Positions 63,151 through 63,822 of a DNA stretch of 63,822 nucleotides are shown in pieces. The notes beneath the pieces are model-generated. The model searched no databases. It worked only from the letters and a program-made list of their open reading frames with translations, and was not told the DNA's origin. Each line of letters starts with the position of its first letter. Within the stretch, counting starts at the first letter, position 1. The DNA comes from Mustelus asterias. Its lineage: Eukaryota. The stretch covers positions 372,001 through 435,822 of the forward strand of contig NW_027590210.1 in assembly GCF_964213995.1 (NCBI RefSeq), read 5' to 3'. Position numbers and translations under genes: made by a program.

Positions 63151-63822
63151 TTGCTCCCTCTCCCTATCTCTCTGTTACTCTCCATCGCTCCATCTCTCTC
63201 TCTCTCTCCCTCTCCCTCTCTATCCCTCTCATCCACCATGTTGTTTATCGTTAAGGGGTCTAATCACGGAGAATTCAAACACTCTTTCTGTTTCTGTCTT
63301 GGCAGAATTAGCAACATTAGTGGATATTTCAAGACTGGATTCACACAATACAGACAGAACGCTGGTGAGCTCAGTACACGTGGTACCTGAATGTTACAAT
63401 AAGATAGAATCTGTATTCAGACAACTGTCACCCCACAGGGTCCAAACTTCACCGTGTTAATTTGATTTGATTTGATTGATTTGTATTGGGATGCAGTGAG
63501 AAGTATTGTTTCTTGTGCGCTATCCAGACAAAACATTCCGTACATAGAGTGCACAGGGGAGAAGGAGAGGAAAGGGTGCAGAATATAGTGTTGCAGTTAC
63601 CGATAGGGTGTAGAAAAAGATCAGCTCACACACACTCTCTCTTACACACTCTTAGACACACACATAATCTCACGCGCACACACGCTCTCTCTCTCTCACA
63701 CACACACACTCTCTCACACTCTCAGACACACACATACTATCTCACACACACACACACACACACACTCTCACACACACACGCTCTCTCTCTCTCGCACACA
63801 CACTCTCTCACACTCTCAGACA

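Overview
Cartilaginous-fish (shark) genomic DNA. The HE1/V-SINEs, CR1/HER1 LINEs and 69-bp satellite point to this; the genus is not certain. 7.7-31.7 kb is a compact T-cell receptor alpha/delta V-segment cluster: 8 apparently intact leader+V genes with 23(24)-bp RSS in both orientations, plus at least 4 V relics and 2 orphan promoter/leader relics. No D, J or C segment was found in the window. The cluster carries CRE/CCAAT promoters, candidate CTCF sites, a Penelope element with hammerhead cores, and a truncated Gypsy element inserted in a V pseudogene. To the left is a CpG-island promoter with a triple YY1/RFX-like repeat. To the right (34-47.5 kb) is an unannotated minus-strand spliced unit with five tandem 102-103-nt exons. 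Their introns carry a 26-bp element in alternating orientations, which could form competing RNA pairings. 48.3-63.8 kb is microsatellite, 69-bp satellite, a ~2-kb higher-order repeat, CR1 fragments and N-runs.
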